A DNA stretch of 64,000 bases. Source: Enoplolaimus lenunculus (taxonomy: Eukaryota). This document shows positions 12,625 through 26,810 of this stretch, piece after piece. Numbering within the stretch: position 1 is the stretch's first letter; each line of letters begins with the position of its first letter. The stretch is from the NCBI GenBank assembly GCA_030248215.1, contig JASANG010001329.1:496001-560000 (forward strand), in the 5' to 3' direction. Below the pieces are notes generated by a model that ran no database searches, had not been told where the DNA came from, and saw only the letters and a list, made by a program, of their open reading frames with translations. The translations under genes were made by a program, and so were the position numbers.

Positions 12625-12946
12625 TAGTAAATTGAAAATTTTTCGCTTAAAGATAGTAAATTGAAAATTTTTCGCTTAACCCTTTCTCACATGAATATTT
12701 TCTATTTCCCCTGAGACCTACTTTTATGCTAGGATTCGAACTCCAGTGACTGGAGTGGGAGGCGTATACCATCACCACTCAGCTATAGGAGCTTGACGCT
12801 CGAGCCCGAGGGGGCTCTCACGTCTTGTGGTGATTTAGCACTATGTATACGTGTTGCAATTGTTAAACACAGTGCGATATACATTATTTAACGTATATAC
12901 ACTGCGCTTAGTTGCCTATAGGCAACTCAATGTGAGAAGGGGTTAA
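12618..12946 (-). mobile_element. tRNA-bearing TTAA/TIR element, subfamily A, solo copy (core 12676-12946) plus two 29-bp linker copies
   Basis: TTAA|CCCTTTCTCACAT...ATGTGAGAAGGGG|TTAA. Minus-strand A box TAGCTGAGTGG and B box GAGTTCGAATCC. Linkers TTA(T/A)AGATAGTAAATTGAAAATTTTTCGC at 12618-12646 and 12647-12675. Confidence 0.88.
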
Positions 12947-13126
12947 GTGTTTCAAGTTTAAAACTGCGATACGATTAAGTGAAACATTTTGCAAAAGATG
13001 ATATATGTGTTTTAAAATATATTTTGTTTGGCAAAAATTAACCATAAACTGGCCAATTACAACAGTATTTAAAACAAAAAAAAATGTTTGCTTGGCTTGA
13101 ATTTCTGTGCACATCTTCCAGAGACC

Positions 13127-13331
13127 GACCCATGTTAAGATAAAGGGCGGAATGTTTCTGTGTGGTGACTAGAATTGAGTCAGCTTTTAGATTTAGATTA
13201 ATTTTTTTGTTCAGCTTTGGCTTAGGCTAAGGAATAAACTCATTCTTAAGGTTAGGCTTAGGTTTAAGCTTAGGCTTAGGAATATGCTTATTATAATATA
13301 TACTGTTCCGCCCCTCTTCTTTACATTTGCC
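13127..13331 (+). mobile_element. TTAGGC-containing MITE copy with both TIRs
   Basis: CCCATGTTAAGATAAAGGGCGGAA ... TTCCGCCCCTCTTCTTTACATTTGCC inverted termini. Confidence 0.75.
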
Positions 13332-14148
13332 ATGAAATTAACAAACAAAAGCTGCGCTTGGCTTCAGTAAACCATGTAAATAAATTAGAACCCCTTTTTT
13401 ATTAAACTCAGCACAAACTTCAGTGCCCAACTACCGCAGGCCCACGCCATGGGTTGCAGGCACCTGGGAGCCCCGACAAAACCGATCTGTATACAATTTT
13501 AAAAACTTTTACACCATTGGCTCCTCCGCGTATGCGCCCCTTGTTTTTAGGTAAGCTGCTGCTCCTGGTTAATACTTTAACACAAGCTGGCACGGCGGGA
13601 AAGAGCTAGGTTCGCCTAGCCGCCGCCCTGACAATGTTTTAGTAGTTTTGTGTGGAACAAGTGTAGCGCAGACCGAAGCTTTAGATATCTGCAAGTCCGT
13701 CCTTGATTCTGGTATCAAAGGGATATCTAAAAAACGCTGCAACCGAATGTTGTTCGGTGCACAAACATCATACGCTTCTGATTTGAACAAATATACATGG
13801 ATGGTACAAGTTCCGATTGACTAATCAAACTGCAGGTGCAAGAAATTCAAGCGACTTGCAACTGCGTTCATAGATGCGAATTAAATTCAATAGTATGAAT
13901 TCAGTGAATAGTTTGCAGCTGCAAGAACTTCAATGCCGCTTTGTGACCGAACTGGCACATGCAAGGTGCACGTGAAATGTTGTGTTGCAACAACTTGCAC
14001 GTGGGAATAGGGCGTATATAACGATCAAGAGAGTACAGCTGCCAATCTGGCCGTCCGAGTATCCCACTTTAGTCACTTTTAATTATATTTTTGTAAACGT
14101 TAAATTTATTACTTAAAACAATAAAATTCGCCAATTTATTTCCAATTG

Positions 14149-14307
14149 TGGCCCGTGTAAAGATCAGAGGCGGAACGTTTTTCTGCGGAATTGCAGTATA
14201 GTAAGATTAAGCTTTACACTATTTAGCTTAGGTTTAGGTATAAGCTCATTCTTACGCTTAGGCTTAGGCTTAAGCTTTATAATATTGTTATGCTACTGTT
14301 ACGGCCC
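14149..14307 (+). mobile_element. TTAGGC-containing MITE copy
   Basis: GGCCCGTGTAAAGATCAGAGGCGGAACG...CTTAGGCTTAGGCTT...CTGTTACGGCCC; another copy at 14946-15124. Confidence 0.7.
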
Positions 14308-14534
14308 TGTTTTATACATTGCACGAATTGTTTTTGCACATATCCAGGTAAAGAAACATTTGGTGTTAAAAATTTTACGTTGCACAAGTTTTTCAAGACT
14401 ATTATTCCGCTGATAAATTGATCATTCCGTTTTGTGCAATCTTGAATGCTTACACATCTAATCAAACCAAATACCTAGTTTCAAGAGTCAAGTTACCTTT
14501 CAGAGATTCACATTTATGTTTCTGAATTTCAGTT

Positions 14535-14733
14535 CAGGGTGCCACCGAAGGTAAAAAATTCCGGAGCCGGAGCAGTGGTCAACAAAACTTGCCGAAGCCG
14601 GAGCCAGAGGTGAAGCCGGAAGTGAAGCGAAATTAACTGAAATTGCTGGAACCTCCGGCAAAAATTCTGCCGGAGCCGTAGCCGGAGTTCGACTTTTAGC
14701 CGCAGCCGGAGGCAGGCCTCCGGTTGCACCCTG
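14535..14733 (+). mobile_element. hAT-like MITE with CAGGGTGCAACCG TIRs and CCGGAG repeats
   Basis: CAGGGTGCCACCG...CGGTTGCACCCTG; relatives at 29921-30246, about 41985-42902 and about 48058-48445. No clean 8-bp target duplication seen, so the superfamily is tentative. Confidence 0.6.
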
Positions 14734-15743
14734 TTAGTTACCATTACATTACATAACTATAAAAGTTTACGCGACTGGAAAACAGAAATTTTAAACTCTA
14801 TTTGACACAAACGATTTAAAAACAACAATGGCTATTTTAGGGTTTTCCAGCAGGTATTCATAGTTTCTAACTAAAATCTATTGTCATATGTGGAATTGCA
14901 CCCGGAACTCTAGGTTGAAGAAATCTATTCTCCCCAAAAAAATTTAGGCCCATGTTACTTTGAGAGGCGTCCAGGTTTCTGGTGGGTCTAGAAAAGAGTA
15001 GCTTTAGATTCTAGATTACATTTTTTGCTTAGACATAGGCTTAGGCTTTGGCTTAGGAACTCATTTTTGCAACGCTTAGGCTTAGGCTTAGGCTTAGAAA
15101 TACGCTTAATCTACGGTTACGCCCTTAAAAGTAATATTGGCCAATATTTATATACCACTAAAACAAAAAATAAAAATCACAAATCATGTCCTGATATTTA
15201 GTGCGGTTTGCTATTTTCTTGATAACTTAGTTTCTGAAAATGGAGCACATATTGACAACTGTCTATAGCACTCGTCACTAGTTGACGACAGATCCTGCAA
15301 GTTTCGAACCAGGCAACGAAAAGATTCAAAATTTTGAACACATTTTGTATATTTTGATAATTCCTACTTTTGAACCAAGTGTGACATGTATAGTTACTTC
15401 AGTTCGCTTATTTGAAAACCTATTACTAAATGATGACGTAAGGTTGCTATACACATTTGAGAATATGGGCCTGTATTCATAACATTTCAACTATACTTTT
15501 AAACCAAAACGATACTACCGATTTTCAAGCATACATGTTCAATATACCAATAGTGTTTAAAATTGAATGAAACAAGGTCGTGACAAAACCTTTTAAAATA
15601 TAAAATTTTGAAATTCCTGTCGATACTTGTATCATGTGAACCAGTAGTGTGACTTTGTCATAACTCTTTCAAGACATAACTTACGCTAAAAGTCTCTAAA
15701 GGTAAAAGATTGTTCTCTGGCTCAGTTTGGTCAAATCGGTCCC

Positions 15744-15947
15744 GCATGGTACAAAATGTACCACTGGGCGTCGCATTTTTGGCCGACCCCCTTGTTTAGA
15801 GGTGGGGTCGCTGTCACATGCAATATACCTAAATTAAACTATAAGCGAAGCATTTTACTGCCATGGTTCGCACAGGTTGTACCACCTCTAATTAAGTGGG
15901 GGTCGGACAAAAACACAACCCGGGCCGGGCACATTTTGTACCATGCA
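15744..15947. mobile_element. Fold-back MITE
   Basis: GCATGGTACAAAATGT..CCGACCCC / GGGGTCGG..ACATTTTGTACCATGC inverted arms. Confidence 0.6.
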
Positions 15948-16099
15948 AAACTGCAAGAGTTGCATATTCCTGTACCATGCACTCTTAGTTTTGCAGATTA
16001 AATTAGCATAACAATAAATAAAGCATCAAAACACACAAGAGATTACGGATCGTTCCATAAACGACCGTCTTGTTTTATCCATCACAGATTTTAAAAACT

Positions 16100-19000
16100 T
16101 CACTGAGTCGGTTTGCCATTGTATGCGTAGTCCGCCTTGTTATGCATGACCAATTTGTCGTCAACAAAATAAAAGCTGTCTGATTTGGTTTCATATGGAT
16201 TGTCAATCATTGCTTTGCCTGAAACAGAATAAATTTCTCTCGAAATTAGCTAGCTATATCATCATTATTCACGAATATTATATAAAGAGCGCTTTTATTT
16301 CCATTCACGCTTTTTTTACTTTAAATAATAGTTTGCAGTTGTTGCCGGCGAGAAAAATGCAAGTTGGCAAAGAGAAGTATAACGTGTGATTTTGGGTCAT
16401 GCAAGTTAAAATGCACGCACATTTGTAAAAAATGTTTTCCCCTTTGGGTGCCCACGGTGTCCCTACGACTTTGTTTAACACTACCTTAAATGTCAATGTC
16501 ATTGTCTGAACCTTTACACAATGTATATGGTCTACGCGTCAATATTTCCTTGTCCTGACTCCATTATCCGGAACTGTTACGGTAACGAGAGTGCCTCTGC
16601 AGGACTGAAATGTCCCAAGTCTCCCGAAAGATTCATTTTTTTGCGTGCAATGTGTGCTTACACTTTTGTGTTCACATTGCATATATACATATGTTTATAA
16701 AATGTACGCGTAATAGGGACCAGAGAAAGTCCTTACTGTACTGACCCGAATAATAGAGGGGACTGATGTTTATTAGGCCTTTCCAGAGGGTTCCGGCTGT
16801 TATGCATTTATGGAATGTTATTTATTTTTACCTTCGTTACTGATATGTATTGCAACTATGCGTAGAATTAAACATTTGTCTTGTATCAAAAACTTGAGCG
16901 ATAATGCAAGGTTATACTTTGGAGTGTACTTTCATAACATAAAGATGATTTAAAGTTTCGAACTCAACTTTATTTTGGACTGGAGTCATTTACGCACTAC
17001 AATTAAAGAAAGATAATTGACATTTATGGTATCAGATTAGAATTTAGAGACTCCATCCACTTGGGGTTTCTTAATAAGGATACAGACTCTTATAGATTGG
17101 AACAGAAAATAAGCACCCCTGTTATTCGGGTCACTGAAGTCTAACGTAAGTCTTTATGAATGTCCTGATATCCTGCAGACAGCGTGTATTTTTCCAGAGT
17201 CCGTGCCGACAGTTGGACGAGTTACACTAGCTAAATACACCTATGAAATTGTCAATTGCCTCTGCTTAAATGTGTATTTTGATGCTGTTCCGAATGGGGT
17301 GGGTGGAACATTTTCTACATCTGCGTGTGCATGTTAACGTGGATGACCCATTAAAACATAATATTTATGGCACTCAGTTACTCAACATAGAATTATATAT
17401 AACTGAAGCAGTTTCCACAATCTTTCTGTGCATTCGGTTTAATATGATATTTACCAACTTTAGAACACTTTTAGCGTCACTTATAAGTCTTGTGAAACTA
17501 ACGAAATTTGTCTCCTAAAATAGTCTCGGCCTTCCCTAGCATGTTGAGTTAGCTATGGGATTAATGTAAACGCCATTATATGAACTTTAAGTTACCACGA
17601 TTTCTTAAATGAAAACGCTGAAGTTCGTTATAGCATTCTTGCTTTTTGATAATTTTTCATAAAAATACTGGAATAAATTTTTCGCAGTGTCTGTATCAAA
17701 TTTCTAATGTCTCCAGATTGACTTTTACAACTTACCCAATTCATCGGTGAGCTTTGGAAACTCATAAATGTGTTCGCATGTATTTTTTGAATTCGGGATA
17801 CAAAATCCAAATTCAAAGTCGAAACTTTTCAACAACTGATTCCTGAAGTAATGACGTTCGATCATACGAAATTTTTTGATTGGTTTATCGCCAACAGTGA
17901 ATTCAACGCTATAACAGTTTGATTTGACATTAAAATATAAGCATATGCGTGTGTTGACGCGACGGTGAACTGGAGCGACAGAGTGTCAGTATTGGACGCA
18001 ACGAGTAGTGAATTTATAGTGTAGTCGAGTTTAGTTTTGTTTAGCATTACGACAAACTGTTTACTAGTAAAGGCTGTAATTGTTAGGGCCGGCCTTCCAA
18101 TAGTCTCCCCCCCCCGCAAACTGGTCCGAGGAGCCCCGGTAAAATGTTTCACAGCTCTAACACTTCGCTATTGGCGAAAAAGTTTTTTGAGGCGTGTAAC
18201 CAGTGGAGTTAGGATCTTGACTTCCAATCCATAAACTAATAAAAGTTTCGCGACATTTGTAAGGGACTTCAATGATTTCAATATATAAACTAAAAAATTG
18301 CGTCAAAGTTTTCGCTCGGTTCACTCGCGAGGATTTCTTTATAGTTATACCCGCACGATAAAGAGCAGATTTGGTGGATTTAGCGATCAAATTAAGCTTT
18401 CAAACCGACACAAATCATACTTTTCCTTGAAACACATCTGTTTTGAAATTGTGTTCAATTTTCCATTCACTTCGCTAACGAATATTTCAAAACTCGACGT
18501 TTACTGCAAGTTGTAGTTGCTTAGACTGCTCCTAATTGAAAATACTGGCTACACGACTGCTCTACTTTTCGATTTTCAGTGCTATACTGAGGTTCACATC
18601 ACCTAACTTCTTGGAGGGTCTGGCACTTCCATTGGCTAAAAATTATTTCGAATTTCGCCATCTTTATGAATATTATTTTCTGAAATTATCTTAGCTTGGC
18701 AGATCTTTCGGTATTTAATGTAAGTTTTTATCAGAACACAGTTCAAAGGTGCGTGGAGTTAGTGTAGTCGTAACTTCAAAGTTGTGCTGTTCACTTTTAC
18801 TTCCGGAATTCCTCCAGAAGGTTGTCTGTGTTGGAATTCTTCAGAACTGCCCGATGTTTTCCAGACTACACCGGAAACTCCTAACCTATAGAAATCACAA
18901 AAATTCACCGGAAGCTTCACCCCGAAATGTTCAGAGCTCCAAGCACGGTTCCACAAACCCTTTCTCGCGAAAATCGTTTTGTTCAGTGTTGTAATAGTTT

Positions 19001-20767
19001 ACAGAATTCATTGTAAGCTAGTCATTTTATCTACGCGAAGTGTGCTATGCAAGCCTTAACCCAAAACAGTGCAAATTATATGCTTAAATTAATATTTAAA
19101 GTTTAAGGGTAGCACTATAGTCGTGGCGCCGTCCGTCATCGTCCGACGCCGTCCGTCAGCCTGTGTTATCGTACACAAATTACTCACGTATGATACGGTT
19201 TAGTGACTGACGATAACGGACGGCGCCGGACGGTTCCGGACGCCAACAAAAGTATAGCGCAACCCTAAGCATTAACTGAATTATTTCCAGATCATAGATG
19301 AACAAAAAGCGTTTCTTTTCAATCTCAGTAGGCGATTTTGTTTGCACTTACGTTGCTCCAACGTGACGCAGTTTTAAAAATTGAGGAGTAAATTGATAGC
19401 GAACATATCGACCTGCAGACGGGTCTTGCGGTTCATTGTCACCGTCGTCGTCTGAAATGTGTTTATTGTTGCAACGTTTTTAGCAAAAATCCGCTAAACA
19501 ACGACTCTCGAAGGTCCTGTATCCATTTCGGCAATATCTGTTGCGGCCAAAAACTTTTACCCATCTCTAAACCGGACGGAGCCCATGTCAAGGGGGTCAT
19601 TGCCAGCAGGTGAAACGTTTACACTTATAGTTCCGTTTCATGAAATATGCATGGCTGAAGCAACTCGACATAACAATCAAAAAGGGGTTGATCAAATTTT
19701 ATTTCGTTTCAAATAAAGTTTTGTATTTTAACGTAAAAAATATCCGTAATTTTACAATTTTTGTAATGAATTAATCATTAAGCATAATATTATATTCACT
19801 AAACGCCGCACCGCTTACCAACACCTTCAGGTTTTGCTATTTCGAATAAGACAGTTTCTGTGTCCAAATCTCGGATTCGAAAGCGAACAAATTCAATATC
19901 GTATACGTTTGCTTCTGGCGTACATAAATAGGCTTAAACAAATATAGTGTAATGTCATTTTCTTGAGGGCACAGCACATACGTGTTTTGTGTTTTTGTGA
20001 TATTATTGAACCACATTTTATGCAACCTTTAATCCAAAAACGGAAAGACTGGCAAATTCAGCAAGAAACGGCCATCTTTGATAGGCAACCAAGAGTGAGA
20101 TGACAGATAAAGTAGTATTAAAAACGTCGCGAACGAAGCGAACGAGAGCCCAACACAATTTTGGCATTAAATGATTCAAATTGTAACTCACAAGTTAAGT
20201 TTTGGACAGGTTAAAGGATCGTCAGCGACACCCTTGTATATTTTCTAGGGGTATTTGACTTACACATCATATGCCACTATTTCCGCGTGCCTGGTTTGAC
20301 TTTACAAAAATTTACAACAATTTGTAAACCTGTGCGAATGGATACAAAAACAATTGCGCAATATTTGTTAACCAGGCCAATACATGGAACAGGGCCGTAA
20401 CTGTAGTATAAGCGTATTCCTAAGCTCAACACTAAACCGTAAGCTTACGCCTAAGTGTAAGAATGAGCATATATCTAAGCCTAACGCTTAAGACTAAAGC
20501 CTAGCATAAAAATTAATCTAAAGCTTAAGTGGTTACTCTATTGAAGCCCAGCAGAAAAACGTTCCGCACCTGATTTTTACATGTGCCGTTAACCGTTAAA
20601 CAATTTAGTTGCCTACATTTAGTTATTCCATTCAGTCGAAGTACATCGTCCGGTTTAACGACGTCTTTCTTCATTAATTCTCGCTCATACGATCGTTGTT
20701 TTTCAGAACTTGACGCAGAAGGCTGTCGTGGCGCTTGCACTGCTCCTGAGTCTGACTTTGATTTCAT
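16100..20767 (-). CDS. unc-119: UNC-119 (lipidated-cargo chaperone, PDE-delta fold), 218 aa, 5 exons
   Basis: Exons 20767-20617, 19932-19819, 19451-19352, 17908-17736 and 16218-16100 (657 nt, phases 1/1/2/1). The translation includes [76 protein letters not shown] and [21 protein letters not shown], all hallmark UNC-119 blocks. Confidence 0.97.
16736..17139 (+). mobile_element. Tc1/mariner-superfamily MITE in unc-119 intron 4
   Basis: TA|CTGTACTGACCCGAATAA...TTATTCGGGTCA TIRs. Confidence 0.75.
19107..19265. mobile_element. PIF/Harbinger-like MITE with TAA target duplication
   Basis: TAA|GGGTAGCACTATA...TATAGCGCAACCC|TAA and internal CCGTCCGTC / GACGGACGG palindromic repeats; relative at about 24840-24977. 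Confidence 0.7.
20392..20587 (-). mobile_element. TTAGGC-containing MITE copy in unc-119 intron 1
   Basis: Reverse orientation: GGGCCGTAAC...CCTAAGC...GAAAAACGTTCCGCACCTGATTTTTACAT. Confidence 0.7.
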
Positions 20768-22343
20768 TTCGCTGCAATCTTTTCTGCGAAACAGTTTGTT
20801 TAATATTAATGTTGTGTCAAAAGGATTTAGCACAGGTATTTTTATCGCCAACTATGATTGTACTGATTATAAAACTCTAAAAAAGTTCTAATATGTGGCA
20901 TATAAGTTGTTGTTTTATGTGAGATCGCTTGTGAAACTGAACTTGTGTGTATTGTTCACGCAACCCTGCATCTTTGATAGGATTCCATGACCGCCGGGTG
21001 TATCCTGAACAGAATCAATTCTGATGGTGACAAATGAATTAGTTTGTGTTTTTCTCGCAAATGTACAACTTCGTTCGAATATTGCACCAAAAGCTTGTGT
21101 ATATTCCAGCAATTTAAACTTGCTCGGCTGTAAATATCGCACTGCCAATACATTTCTGTAACCACCACCACCACCAACAACAACAACGCCACTACATGAC
21201 TCTTGAACATTTGAGTGAACTATAGTTCTCATTCCGACAAATTATTTCACTTCACCGACCACTTTTTAGTGGAAGCTGGCAAAAAACCATGCACAGATTT
21301 CAAAGTTTATGCTATCACGGGCTACATATACACTTTGCCATGTAAAGGACGGAAACGAACAAAACTACCTGATAAACTTGACGTGTACATAACGACCGCA
21401 AACAAGTTAGTCGAAACTATATTTGGTTCATACACGTCACCGGTACAACACGAGAGAACGACAGACGAGGTGGCAACTCGTTTTTTTCGAAATCAAACCT
21501 TTGCACTTGGATTTAATGCTAAAGTTGTGTTGGGATTCGCCTACTCGAAGTTTCTTCTGTTAGTGTATACGTTCTGCCCGTTAACCCTTTCGTAGGTGCC
21601 CCTGTGGTTAGGTAGACCTGCTATTCAACTATGCTACTGAAAAAATCAGTTTAGATCTGTGCGCAGTTTGTTGTCGGCGGCAGGCACATTCATTTGTTAT
21701 AATATACCAGTAAGACAAATAGGGTCAACAAAAACGCTTTTGCGACGATTGATAATAGCCTCAGAGTGTAGTGGTAGATATAGTCAGCGCCGGATTAAAG
21801 TGGGGGGGCGGCGAGGGGCCTGGGTCCCGTGCTTCCCACCAAAAGGGACCTCCCATCACAAACCGAAAACCGACGATATGGTTCAATTGATAACAAGCCA
21901 ACAAAAACTTTTTCGCGGACCACAAAGTTATGCAAGCTGTGAAACTAAATTTTGTTTCGTACTTTTGGTACAATTTGTTTCACTAAAATGTATCACTTTA
22001 AGCTGTGGTGTATAAAATAATTATGGTTACACAAAAGGGCCTGCTAGTCAAACTGGCCAATAGTCATACGGGGCCCAGACCTCTTGGTCATATGGGTCCC
22101 GGGCCTCTCACCACCGTAATTCGGCCCTGAATATAGTTAGAAATCTTGGCGTCTGTATGGATTACAGTCCCTAGAGGACTCGAAGATTTTTCACCTTTGC
22201 AACTGTGGGTAAAAGTAGTTTCTGGATAAAGTCATGATACAAATTAATATTAAAATAAAATAAACGTGTGTTGACAAAATTCAAAAATTGAAAACTTCCA
22301 TTTCAGCAGAATAGTTGCTTGAGGGAACATATACAATAACGTA

Positions 22344-22780
22344 CTGTACTGACCTCAGTAAGAGGGTACTGTTATATATTTGGCCTCTCCAGAGGGCACC
22401 CCCTATTATTCGGTTACGGACTGTTATTTGTTATTTATTTTTAACCCGCCCTCCGCCGCCCTTCTTTACTGATATATATCCGGTATTACAACTATCGTTG
22501 AATTAAACGTTTACTTGTACTAAAAACTTTAGCGCTAATGCAAGGTTATACTGACTAATGTTATTTCCAAACTTAAATATGCTTCAAAAATTCGAACTCA
22601 ACTTTTTTTGTCCTGGAGTGATTTATGCACTACAACTAGGGATATTTGACATATATGGACTCTAATTAGGGTTTAGGGTCTATATCCGCTTACGGACTCG
22701 TATTAGTGATGCGGACTCCTATTGAATGAGACTCAAATTGGGAACACTCTTATTACCCCCTCTTATTCGGGTCACTACAG
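22344..22780 (+). mobile_element. Tc1/mariner-superfamily MITE
   Basis: TA|CTGTACTGACC...GGGTCACTACAG|TA. Confidence 0.8.
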
Positions 22781-25397
22781 TATGTATATTTAAAGTTCTT
22801 GCCATACTTTCTGATCATAAAATCACTGATGATGCTAACCCGTTTTACTTTCAATCAAGGTTTAACCAAAACTTGCCAAAGGTTAGCGTTTGACCTAAAA
22901 CAACTGCACGATTCGTTCATAAACGCATCAAGATACGTTAGCCTTTTCTTCCAGTGGTTGGTTTTCAAGTAATATAATAAAATGTAATATAAATTTGAAC
23001 AAGAATGCATGAGCACCGTTTACAAAACACCACAGGTTTTGCAAAATCATGTGGAAAAGTTTTAGCCCCTACGTTAGAAAATTTTCAATCCTGCTTGTAA
23101 GTCATTAAGAACCATTTTACACTACAATTGAACAGCACATTTCCCATCCAAACAATATAAGAAGAACTGTATACTCTTAGGACTTAAAAAATAATCGCAC
23201 CAGACAAGCAACTGTATAGACTACATTCAAATCCGTTGTTGAACATATCTATTTCGCGGATTTCCCAGCTCATAGACGGGTGAGCCGACATGTCTTCGTA
23301 CAGACAATATTTTAGAAGTACGACAACGCATATAGAAACAAAAATATTGCTAAAATCACACAGTCTCCAGCTGAAAAAGTAGCTCAAAACTTGCCTTAAA
23401 AATTCTGAACTACTATGGAACTTATAGGCCAATCAGATTTGACTATTCGGTCAGACGCAAACCCGATAACCAATCAGCGTTTGCTTTACATCACTGTTGC
23501 TTTGCTCAATCTCACAATCGTATCTGGCCAAGCTTAAACTGCTATTTGCTCAGAATAGCTCATTGGCCTGATTCGATTAGTAATTAGCCTGTACCGCAGA
23601 TTAGCCGACGACATGTCAGAAAACTCATCCGATCCTATGTATTCACGCTTTGCTCTACCTTACACTGTTTCAATTAAATTTTTATTTTCTTGCATATCAA
23701 GTTGCAAATTCGCTAAATACCATTCCTAGTTAGCCAGTTTTTCATATCCCGCGAACAGCATTTAAACAGGCAAAATTTACAAAATAACACAACCCAACAA
23801 TCTCATCTCACATAAACCAGAATAAACATGTGATGAACAAAACTAAACCACGCTAATAATACACCTGTATTAACCAGCAGCAGTGTGTAAACCTGGACTG
23901 GTAAAAGGTATATATTATTTACAGGTCTGTTTTTGGTTCGGTTGTTATAGGTAACATAGCGTTTGTGTTTTCTAACAGTAAAATACCTCGCTACAGCTCT
24001 GAACAACAGAATCGTATATTGCAAACAATAAAAGTCTACTATTTTGAGTATAGTTTGTTGAAAGCATATTTTAGTATTTGTATGCCAACACTACTTCGGA
24101 GTGGTCTACGCTGTCAGGTAGAAGTTGGAACAGATCCTGCTGCATACAAACAGGCACAATTATTTATGAAAAATTGATTGCTTTCTGTACTAGTATATAG
24201 GTTTACGGTTTATAAATAGCAAATAAAAATAGTATAGAATATAACATAATGAGCTCGTTATTGTACATTAATCAGAATTAATTAGAAAAGATGAAAGCTT
24301 TGCCTATTAAATCAAATACGATCTTTGCTACATGCGACAGATGCGGCATGCAACATTTGTTTGTGTATAAAATATATACTACTCAATGGTTAAATAGACT
24401 GACGGCTTATGAACATGTGAAAATGTACTTTTAACAATGGCGTATACAAGTTGCGTAGGGTGGTATATGTTGCGATACTTCTGGATACTCGAAAAAAATA
24501 GAATAGTATGGGTTGTACGATAACCTACAGAGGTCAGAAATTTTTTTAACTTGCTATGCTCAATATGGGCATAGCTAGGATTTTCTTAAAGAGGGTTACG
24601 TTCCATAAAAAATTTCGAAGGGTGGGTTGGGTTCTTGTATTGCAAACTGAGACCATATCTAGAATTTCTATACAAAATTCACAAATGAATTTGTAACAAC
24701 AGGAACTCGAACTGCTTATATCCTAATAATGCTCGCTTGTTAAAAACTTGAAGGTTCGGTTTTATCCGCATGAAGAAATTAAATCGTTGCTTGGTGATTT
24801 AAAGGTTAAAATAAAAAATTTGTCATTATTCTTTTTTAACGTCCGGCGCCGTCCGGCGTCAATCGTCACGCGCGCGATGACGGACGGCGCCGTCGTACGC
24901 AAATAACTGACGTACGATAACGTATGGTGACGGACAGCGACGGACGGTGCCGGACGTCAAGTATAGCGCGAGCCTTACTTGATTTAATCTTAAGCTAATC
25001 CAGCAGCATTAAACTAATTTTCTATATTAACTAAACTATCAGGTACGCTTGACTTCAACTGATTTTAAATCTTACATATTTTTAGTTTAAAGCTAAAGTT
25101 AGTGAATTGTTAGATAAACATAAACATAATTTCAAGGCTGCACGTGATGCAAACCAAAAATAACTTTAATTTAACCTCGCGATAAACTTAAAAATACGTT
25201 AGTCTAAGTTAAGCTTACCATTCTAGTTTTAGTTAGTTCTTCCATCCATTTAAGATTTACTTAAATTAATATTCAAGTTTAGTTAACCTATACTTAATTT
25301 AAGTTTAAGTTTTTATTGACTGTATGAATTTTAAACAGGCATGTGCTTTGCTTTATGACAAGTTTATCATTTTCAGGCTTCCTTGATAAACGTATTA

Positions 25398-25684
25398 CTG
25401 TACTGACCCAAATAAGAGGGGAGGTAATACGAAGGGTTCCGATTTTCACTCCCAATCAATATGAGAGTCCATATTCCTAATAAGATTTCGTAAGCTGGTA
25501 GAGTCCTTAAAACTTTAAAACATACATAAGTTTTGAAAGTACATTCCTAAGTATAACCCTGCATTATCGCTCAAGCTTTTGATACAAGAGAAATAAACGT
25601 TTAATTCAACGGATAGTTGCAACAGGGGGTAGTCTTTGAAGAAACCAAAAGTATCAGTCTCTCCTCTTTTTCGGGTCACTACAT
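25398..25684 (-). mobile_element. Tc1/mariner-superfamily MITE, internally deleted, reverse orientation
   Basis: Same TIRs; interior is the reverse complement of the other copies. Confidence 0.7.
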
Positions 25685-26810
25685 TATGTTACAGGAAAGG
25701 TCAGTGTAAAAATATTAAGTACACCCATTTTTTAGCGTTTCACCGAATTTTTTATTTCTCAATTTTTTCCAACATACAATGGATACTTAGCAGTTTAGTA
25801 AAATGCGGTTGCAAAAAGTAATGTAGAAAGTGCAGCATTTTCACCGATAGAGTTTGCTTTTACTGCATGAAAGTGCGTTTAAAATATTTCTTTCACATGA
25901 AACAATGATGTTTATGGTTTGCCGTTTTTTTATTTACTACGTCGTGATTGCAGTTTGCACATTTACTAAAGGTACGTTTGTTTATTTTATCAAACGTTTT
26001 TACGATGCATTGAACTTCTGATTAATATTCCGGCGAATAATGCTAGTTTTTTCATCATGCCATCATTGGCTCACGACAGGGTGTGAACGCAAACAGATAT
26101 CAAAAACAACGGAAACAAAAACGGGCAGTGTTCTGAATAACGGAAACGGAACACGGATATCCGGTTACACGCTGGTGCACGAGTTATAGTTAAGGATAAT
26201 TAACTAATTTGACGGTTTGCGAAGCATTTGAAATGAAATCCATTAGTTGTCTTGTATAAGATGTCTAGGTTGTATATAAGTAGCACAAGTAATTGATCGA
26301 GAGAAAACGCGTATTGACAGACGGCGTTGGTGTTTATATTATTTTGTAAACTTCGTGTTTATTCTAAATTTCTTAAAAAATATTTGTTAGATTTTATTAA
26401 ATTGTTAAAGTTTAAATTTGGCTAAAAATCCAAATATCTACAATGTTGCCAAAATCTGAAAAATTTAAAAAATACCGCATGGGAACAGCGTATTGTGCAA
26501 CGAAGAGCAAAACAAATCCTAATTATTATATCATCCAGTTTGCCTGTTTTTGGTTCACTTACTAGGGTCCACCGTTGCTCTGTTGCTAATACTTTTCACT
26601 AAGAGTGCGGTAAGGATAGACTGTTTAGCTGGTTTTACAAGTTACACACTTCTGAACAAATTCAAGTAAACGTTTTGTAAAAAGGGATAAACAAGCCAGT
26701 TTGCAGAATGTCTAATTAGGCTATACATATTAACCTATGTACAACTTTAAAATTTTCACCTCGTCGCCTGCAGAATTAGCACTGATTAAAATTTATATAC
26801 TCTTATTTAG

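Noticed and set aside
20920..20941. bantam/mir-58-like sequence TGAGATCGCTTGTGAAACTGAA
   Set aside because: No complementary 5' arm upstream, so no precursor hairpin.
21215..22015. ORFs of 126 and 118 aa upstream of unc-119
   Set aside because: No recognisable motifs or coherent splice chain; partly overlap a GC-rich repeat-like segment.
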